From contig CAYORN010000002.1 of assembly GCA_964406405.1 (NCBI GenBank), forward strand, positions 10 through 64,009: a stretch of DNA of 64,000 nucleotides, written 5' to 3'. The position numbers and the translations under genes were made by a program. This document shows, piece after piece, positions 58,457-64,000 of the stretch (its first letter is position 1; each line of letters begins with the position of its first letter). The notes beneath the pieces are model-generated. The model was not told the DNA's origin. It searched no databases and was given only the letters and a program-made list of their open reading frames with translations. The DNA comes from an uncultured Alphaproteobacteria bacterium. Lineage in GTDB: Bacteria > Electryoneota > RPQS01.

Positions 58457-59572
58457 TCAGTGAATCACCTGCCGATACAAGGACTCGTAGCGGGATACGA
58501 TCTTCTCTTCCGGAAACAAAGTCAACGCTCGTTCTCTTCCGGCCCGCCCCATTTTGCGGCCCAGCGCGCGGTTGCTGATCAATTGCAGAATCCGCTCCGC
58601 CATCTGATCCGTGTCCCCCACTTCGACCAGATAGCCGCTCTCCCCATCCGCCACCACCTCGGGGATTCCGCCGACTCGCGTCGCCACCACCGGCACTTCG
58701 CAGGCCATCGCTTCCAGCACCGACAAGCCGAACGATTCATCTTCGGAAGGCAGCACATAAACATCGGCCAGAGCCAGCAGATCCACAATCGCCGGCTGCT
58801 TGCCGAGAAACACCACGTCGCTGAGCACGCCGCCGTCGCGCGCCGCCATTTCCGCCGGCCAGCGCTCCGGCCCGTCGCCCACCAGCAGCATCCGGCACGG
58901 CATTTTTTGTCGCACCTTGATGAACGCTTTTACCAAATCTACCACGCGCTTTACCGGGCGGAAGTTTGACATATGGACGATCAAGGGCTCGCCGTCGGGC
59001 GCGAACAGCGTCCGGCGAATCCGGCACGCCTCGCGCTTGAAAACTTCGCCGTTCACGAAATTGGGGATTACTTCGATCTCGCGCGTCACGCCGAAACGGC
59101 GGCGTGTGTCGTTGGCGAGCGACTGCGAGACCGCCGTCACCGCGTCCGATTGGTCAATCGTGAATTTCACCACCGGCGCATAGGCCGGATGCGAGCCGAC
59201 GAGCGTGATGTCCGTTCCGTGCAGCGTGGTCACGAACGGCAGTTTACTATTCGCCATCTGCTTCGCCATATACGCCGCGGCCGCGTGCGGAATCGCGTAG
59301 TGCGCGTGAATCAGATCCAGCCCGTGCAGCTCGTACGCTTCATACAAGGTGGACGCCAGCGTGAGCGTGTACGGCGTGTGCTCGAACAGCGGATAGTGCA
59401 CGACCGGCACTTCGTGGAAAATAATCCGGTCGTGGAAGTCCGGCAAGCGGAACGGGCGCCCCGTCGAAAAGATGTGCACTTCATGCTCGCGATCCGCCAG
59501 CGCCACGCCCAATTCCGTGGCGACGACTCCGGAACCACCATACGTTGGATAGCAAACGATGCCGATTTTCAT
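58457..59572 (-). CDS. bshA: GT4 glycosyltransferase BshA (N-acetyl-alpha-D-glucosaminyl L-malate synthase), bacillithiol biosynthesis
   Basis: MKIGIVCYPTYGGSGVVATELGVALADREHEVHIFS...PFRL...FHEV N-terminus, characteristic of BshA. GT-B C-terminal EDESFGLSVLEAMACEVPVVATRVGGIPEVV. Followed by bshB and bshC. Confidence 0.7.
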   Translation of the reverse strand: MKIGIVCYPTYGGSGVVATELGVALADREHEVHIFSTGRPFRLPDFHDRIIFHEVPVVHYPLFEHTPYTLTLASTLYEAYELHGLDLIHAHYAIPHAAAAYMAKQMANSKLPFVTTLHGTDITLVGSHPAYAPVVKFTIDQSDAVTAVSQSLANDTRRRFGVTREIEVIPNFVNGEVFKREACRIRRTLFAPDGEPLIVHMSNFRPVKRVVDLVKAFIKVRQKMPCRMLLVGDGPERWPAEMAARDGGVLSDVVFLGKQPAIVDLLALADVYVLPSEDESFGLSVLEAMACEVPVVATRVGGIPEVVADGESGYLVEVGDTDQMAERILQLISNRALGRKMGRAGRERALTLFPEEKIVSRYESLYRQVIH

Positions 59573-59631
59573 GGAGTGTGGCTGCTCTTTATGCTCTTGC
59601 TTTCGATTTTCTGCTCCTGTTGCGGATTTCT

Positions 59632-60360
59632 TTAGCGCGGCGGGGTGAAAAATCCCACCGGATCGTCAATTCGGATCTTCTCCCGAATCCAAAACGCTTC
59701 GGCATACTTCACGCCGATCTGCAAGCCGAAATTGCGGAAGCGCGTTTCGAGATCCTCAAAAAAATGCGGGCGAGAAAGCGCCGTGGCCGGGTCTTTCGAA
59801 TCGGGATCGAAAAACTGCGACGTGTAGCACTTCGCCGCCTCGACCTTCTTTTCCCAGACGTCGGTAATATCCACATAGACGTTCAGCTCCTGCACCCAAT
59901 GCGACGGGAAAAACATCAGTCGTCCCGGCGTGTGCGGCTCGCCGTCTGCGTCGAAATTGCGCGCGCCCGACAGGAACATCGCGTTCTTCACCAGCGCACT
60001 CGCGCCTTCGTGGTCCGGGTGACGGTCGCTGGACCAGTGCGTGATCACGATCCGCGGCTTGTATTTGCGGATGACTTCGACCACCTTGCGGCGGCGATCC
60101 TGCGTGTCCTGCAAGTGCATGTCGCCCAGATCGAGATTCTCGCGTACATCGAGACCCATCACCTTGAATGCCGCCTGGGCTTCGGCGGCGCGGATTTCGG
60201 CGCTGCCGCGCGTACCGCGCTCCCCGCGGGTGAGGTCAATCATCCCCACGCCGTAGCCCAAGGACTTCATTTTCAGCAGCGTGCCGCCGCACGATAGTTC
60301 GAGATCGTCGGGATGCGCGCCGATGGCCAAAACGTCTACAATGGGTCCCGTCACAAGCAC
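59632..60360 (-). CDS. bshB: LmbE/PIG-L-family deacetylase BshB (N-acetylglucosaminyl-malate deacetylase)
   Basis: VLAIGAHPDDLELSCGGTL and HPDHEGAS zinc-site motifs. Confidence 0.75.
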   Translation of the reverse strand: MLVTGPIVDVLAIGAHPDDLELSCGGTLLKMKSLGYGVGMIDLTRGERGTRGSAEIRAAEAQAAFKVMGLDVRENLDLGDMHLQDTQDRRRKVVEVIRKYKPRIVITHWSSDRHPDHEGASALVKNAMFLSGARNFDADGEPHTPGRLMFFPSHWVQELNVYVDITDVWEKKVEAAKCYTSQFFDPDSKDPATALSRPHFFEDLETRFRNFGLQIGVKYAEAFWIREKIRIDDPVGFFTPPR

Positions 60361-60381
60361 CTCTCCGCTTTCAATGTTCCA

Positions 60382-62049
60382 TCACTCAATAGTCACTACC
60401 CAATGTTCCTGCACTTCCGCCGGCAATTCATCCAGTGCCGCTAACAATTTCTCCGGCCCGTACTTGCTCAAGTAATACCCCGTACACAGCACCCGCTCCG
60501 CGAGCTTGTCCTGCGGATGCAGGGCGTTCAAAATTTTCTGCAATCGCGCCAGCGCCGCCGCGTGCTTCTGCTTCAGCGCGCGCTCCGTTTTCTCCTGCAG
60601 CTGCTCGAGCGGATGCAGCGCCTTGCCTGCGCTTGATTGCGCCGCGCCGCCCAACGTCGGATCAATCGCCGTGATGCGCTCGCGCAGCCGGTTGAAAATT
60701 TCCTCGATCTGCGTGCGGCTCGCGCTGAACAGTTCCGAAGTGTGGCTCGTATCCGCCTCGCGCACGACCTCTCTCATCAAATCGTGCGCCGGAGTCGTCA
60801 GCACCTGCTTCACGGTTAGTCCTAATTTCTCCCCCAGCCGCTGAATTTTGTGATCCGTTACCGTCACCGAGAGTCGGGGAAACAGCGAGGGCGACACGAC
60901 ATTGAACGCTTTGTAAAACGGCGCGATCTGCGCGAGATAGTCCATCTCCCCCGGCCCGGCTACATAGGCCACCGTCGGCAGAATGTAATCCTGATACACG
61001 GGCCTCAATGCTGCCTTCGGACTGATCAGATCCGGAGTCTCGCGCATCATCTCGAGCAGTAGTTCCGGCTTCAGCGTCTCCGTGTGCCCGTCCGGATGCT
61101 TGAGCTGACCGCTGTAGGAGAGCGATGCCCGCCGATGATCGCGCGTGATGTAGAAGAGATAGGCGTCATGCGTTGGCGCCATCGGCGTCGCCCAGCCTTC
61201 CGACTCCAGCTCTTTGGCTCGTTGGTAAAAGATTTCCGTCAGCCGCGGTCCCGCTTGAATCACCTGCTCCCATAGCGGCGACGCCAGCGCTTTTAGCCGC
61301 TCGTCCATTCCCTCTACAACAAGCAATCCGCGCGGCCCGAGCACCGATGCGAGCAGTTTCCCCATGGCATCCGCTAACGTCGTATCGTAGTACGCTCGCC
61401 GCAGCGCCTTGAGTCCCGTTTCGTGCGGTGCTTCCAGCGCGCTCGTCAATTCCTGCAGATCCTTTTCCGCCGAGACGCGATAGTGCCCGACTTCGAACCC
61501 CGGAATGATTTCGTCCGGCGTGAAATGCAGCGTGCGCAATTCCCCCGAAGCCGTTAGATAGGACGCGTCACGCACCTCTTCTAAGTCATGGTCGCGTCCC
61601 TCGAGCCAGAAGAGCGGAAGCACCGGGACCTTTATGCGCTCTTCCAGCTCCGCCGCGAGCCGAACCGCATGATACGCCTTGAGCAGCGTAAACAATGGCC
61701 CGCCGAGGTATCCCACCTGCTGCCCCGTCACGACCATCACCGCTTTCCCGGCCGCAAGCAAATCCAATCTCGCCAGCGTGGACTCCGGCACGCCGTAATG
61801 TTGCCCGGCATCCCTTAATATCTCCGCCAGGCGTGGCCAGGGTCTGGCTACCGCCAGCTGCTCGCGCGCCGCGGCCGCACATGCCTCCAAACTCGCGGGT
61901 GTCCGCAAATATGGGACGGCTGTCACGCTGTTACCCGCCGTAGCAGCATGCCACGTTTGCGTAAAGCCGAGCAATTCCCTGAAGGGTATGAAAAGCTGAT
62001 TGCGAACAGTAGTGACCGCTGTGGCGTCGCTCAATGCGTTGATTATCAA
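60382..62049 (-). CDS. bshC: Bacillithiol biosynthesis cysteine-adding enzyme BshC
   Basis: VVTGQQVGYLGGPLFTLLKAYHAVRLAAELEERIKVPVLPLFWLEGRDHD matches the conserved BshC core (VVGGQQAGLLTGPLYTIHK...PVFWIAGEDHD). About 555 aa. Confidence 0.65.
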   Translation of the reverse strand: MIINALSDATAVTTVRNQLFIPFRELLGFTQTWHAATAGNSVTAVPYLRTPASLEACAAAAREQLAVARPWPRLAEILRDAGQHYGVPESTLARLDLLAAGKAVMVVTGQQVGYLGGPLFTLLKAYHAVRLAAELEERIKVPVLPLFWLEGRDHDLEEVRDASYLTASGELRTLHFTPDEIIPGFEVGHYRVSAEKDLQELTSALEAPHETGLKALRRAYYDTTLADAMGKLLASVLGPRGLLVVEGMDERLKALASPLWEQVIQAGPRLTEIFYQRAKELESEGWATPMAPTHDAYLFYITRDHRRASLSYSGQLKHPDGHTETLKPELLLEMMRETPDLISPKAALRPVYQDYILPTVAYVAGPGEMDYLAQIAPFYKAFNVVSPSLFPRLSVTVTDHKIQRLGEKLGLTVKQVLTTPAHDLMREVVREADTSHTSELFSASRTQIEEIFNRLRERITAIDPTLGGAAQSSAGKALHPLEQLQEKTERALKQKHAAALARLQKILNALHPQDKLAERVLCTGYYLSKYGPEKLLAALDELPAEVQEHWVVTIE

Positions 62050-62136
62050 GTAATTAATTAAGGACCAAGGGAACCGTAATCAAATAATATACTTACCTTT
62101 TGAGAGCGAGTCAAATAGCTACGGTTGTGTTTATAG

Positions 62137-63705
62137 GTGGAGAACCTTATATTCTTAATTCTTATGCGAACCGTCATTTCCGTCTTAGTGATCTGCGTCG
62201 TCGCGCTTCTCGGCTACCTTGTTTACACGGATTGGTGGCCCTCGACGCACGGCGCCGTTTTCGTCATGTCGGAGCCGCCGGGTGCACAGGTGTGGGTGGA
62301 CCTCAGACCCACCGATGTGGTCACCAACGGGACTGTCCACCGTCTCTCTTCCGGCAAACATTCGGTCACCGTTCGGCTTGACACCCTCCTTTCGGACCCG
62401 TTCGCCCAAATCGTGGAGATCCGCGACGGCCGCACGGACACAGTGCACTTTCTTTTGCATTCGCCCCGATGGGGAGCGCCGGTGGTCACTACAAGTCCGC
62501 TCAGTCCCATGATGCAAGATAATGCGCCGTTGACTCCCGAGTCTCTGCTGGCGACAATTCCTACTGCGGCGAATCTGCGCGCCGCATCTGGCAGTTCAGT
62601 CTCAACCACGGATTCGCTCGGCATCCGGCCGACCGCTCTCGAACGGGACACGCATCGCACTATTTCCCGCGACGAGGCAGCTCTCCCCATGGTACCGCCG
62701 TCCGCGTCTGAATCACCACAGTCCCGACCGGAGGACAAAGTCGGTGCCATTCAAATCTCGAGTTCCCAAGCCGGCGCGCGGATTTTTCTCAATGATCACG
62801 AGCTGAAAGAGCATACTCCATCAACGATTAGCGTCCCCTTTGGCACTTATACGGTGCGCGTGGAGTTAGAAGGATATGCGGTGTCCCCTGACCAGCAGTC
62901 GGTTCGCATCGGCCGCGCCTCATCGTCGCCCGTGGTTCACTTCACGCTGGAGAAGACGGAAAAGCCAATTCGTGCTTTTTCTGTGCAGACGGTGCCGATT
63001 GAAGGCAGGATCTTTGTAGATGGGATCTTCGTAGGAGAGGGAACCGCAAACTGCGAACGCGATTACGGCACGTACACGGTGACCTTCGGTGACATCGAAG
63101 GCTGGCACACGCCCAAACCGGTGCGCGTCTCCCTCACGCCGAGCAACCCCCATCCGGCGATTGAAGCCCGCTACTCCCGGCTGTTTCACGCCTTCACCGA
63201 AGCTCGCTCTGAAACGGACGTCGCGATCAAAGGCATGGGGCAGTGGACCGCCGGTGTGATCTTTGAAGATCGCAAGCCGCAGCCATCCGACCAACTGGGG
63301 CCCCGCATCCGCGCCATTCCCAACAGCCAGAAGTTCGGCTGGGAGCTGGCGATGGGCGATCCGAATCGCAACCCCACCGGCGGCGATTACATCGCGTTTA
63401 CATTTTCACTGCCGGAAGATGTCCCGCCCGACAGCCCACTCAACTTGCGGCTCTATCTCTATCGCTCGGATCGCAAATACCCGTGGACCATCTCCGGCGG
63501 CCACTCGATCATCGTCGTGATGGTCAATGATCGAAAGTTCCTCGACAGCTTTACCCCACGCTATGAGACGTATGCTGCCGATCTGGATCGTTACGAAGAA
63601 TGGTCACTGCATCATGTGCTGAAGCCCGGCGAAAACCGCATCCTCATTTACACCGGTGACGGCAACACGATATTCAATTACTTGTGGAAGGTCGAGATTC
63701 TGTAA
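62137..63705 (+). CDS. PEGA-domain membrane-anchored protein (hypothetical)
   Basis: N-terminal TM helix. Two PEGA-like modules (SEPPGAQVWVDLRPT...VT and SSSQAGARIFLNDHELKEHTPSTISVPFGTYTVRVELEGY). Confidence 0.5.
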   Translation: MENLIFLILMRTVISVLVICVVALLGYLVYTDWWPSTHGAVFVMSEPPGAQVWVDLRPTDVVTNGTVHRLSSGKHSVTVRLDTLLSDPFAQIVEIRDGRTDTVHFLLHSPRWGAPVVTTSPLSPMMQDNAPLTPESLLATIPTAANLRAASGSSVSTTDSLGIRPTALERDTHRTISRDEAALPMVPPSASESPQSRPEDKVGAIQISSSQAGARIFLNDHELKEHTPSTISVPFGTYTVRVELEGYAVSPDQQSVRIGRASSSPVVHFTLEKTEKPIRAFSVQTVPIEGRIFVDGIFVGEGTANCERDYGTYTVTFGDIEGWHTPKPVRVSLTPSNPHPAIEARYSRLFHAFTEARSETDVAIKGMGQWTAGVIFEDRKPQPSDQLGPRIRAIPNSQKFGWELAMGDPNRNPTGGDYIAFTFSLPEDVPPDSPLNLRLYLYRSDRKYPWTISGGHSIIVVMVNDRKFLDSFTPRYETYAADLDRYEEWSLHHVLKPGENRILIYTGDGNTIFNYLWKVEIL

Positions 63706-63739
63706 CCAACGCGCTCCCCAAGAGCAGCGCAGGCAACTC

Positions 63740-64000
63740 CCATGAAACAATTTTCGACGACTCGCGAACGAGCGGAGGAGTTTCTCTCCCGCACTACCTT
63801 GGCCATGATCGGCGTCTCGCGAAACAAAGCCGATTTCTCGCGTAAGCTCTTTACTTTGCTGCACCGCCGGGGCAGCACCGTCTATCCGGTGAATCCAAAT
63901 CTGGACAGCTTCGACGGCATCCCGTGTTATCAGCGGATTTCGGATGTCCCGACTCCCCTCGGCGGCGCGCTGCTGATGGTCGCCGATGCCGCATTGCCCG
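63740..64000 (+). CDS. CoA-binding-domain protein (YccU-like), 5' partial that runs off the window
   Basis: TTLAMIGVSRNKADFSRKLFTLLHRRGSTVYPVNPN...FDGIPCYQRISDVP matches the CoA_binding_2 N-terminus. ATG at 63740. Confidence 0.55.

Overview
This is a 64-kb, high-GC (about 60%) chromosomal segment with roughly 43 genes. It probably comes from a member of the Fibrobacteres-Chlorobi-Bacteroidetes (FCB) superphylum, because at least six encoded proteins end in the C-terminal sorting domain that routes proteins through the type IX secretion system (T9SS). The window appears to carry much of that secretion machinery: a 2157-aa giant protein that looks like the SprA/Sov outer-membrane translocon; an adjacent M28-type glutaminyl cyclase (about half of the predicted secreted proteins have Gln at the mature N-terminus); two tandem outer-membrane barrels of the FadL-like PorV/PorQ family; and an operon encoding an 1811-aa gingipain-family (C25) peptidase resembling PorU, followed by a PorV-like gene. 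Housekeeping genes fill the rest: nadE, mutS2, pgi, a phosphohexomutase, an aldo/keto reductase, Ppx/GppA, a SucC-like ATP-grasp protein, glutathione peroxidase, OsmC, a MATE efflux pump, a 5'-nucleotidase and a bacillithiol biosynthesis cluster (bshC-bshB-bshA). The window also holds an IS200-like REP-associated tyrosine transposase (RAYT) flanked by inverted 30-bp palindromic REP elements, with a third REP copy at 674-703. A 1.1-kb low-GC insertion encodes a single SIR2-like protein, which is a candidate anti-phage defence gene. A heptad microsatellite, roughly (GAAAATY)3-5, recurs at twelve or more gene junctions. The first 450 bp contain a tandem duplication with a 260-bp period, and several other structured repeats are present. 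No rRNA, tRNA or CRISPR array was found. All functional calls rest on motifs read by eye from the translations; no database search was possible.
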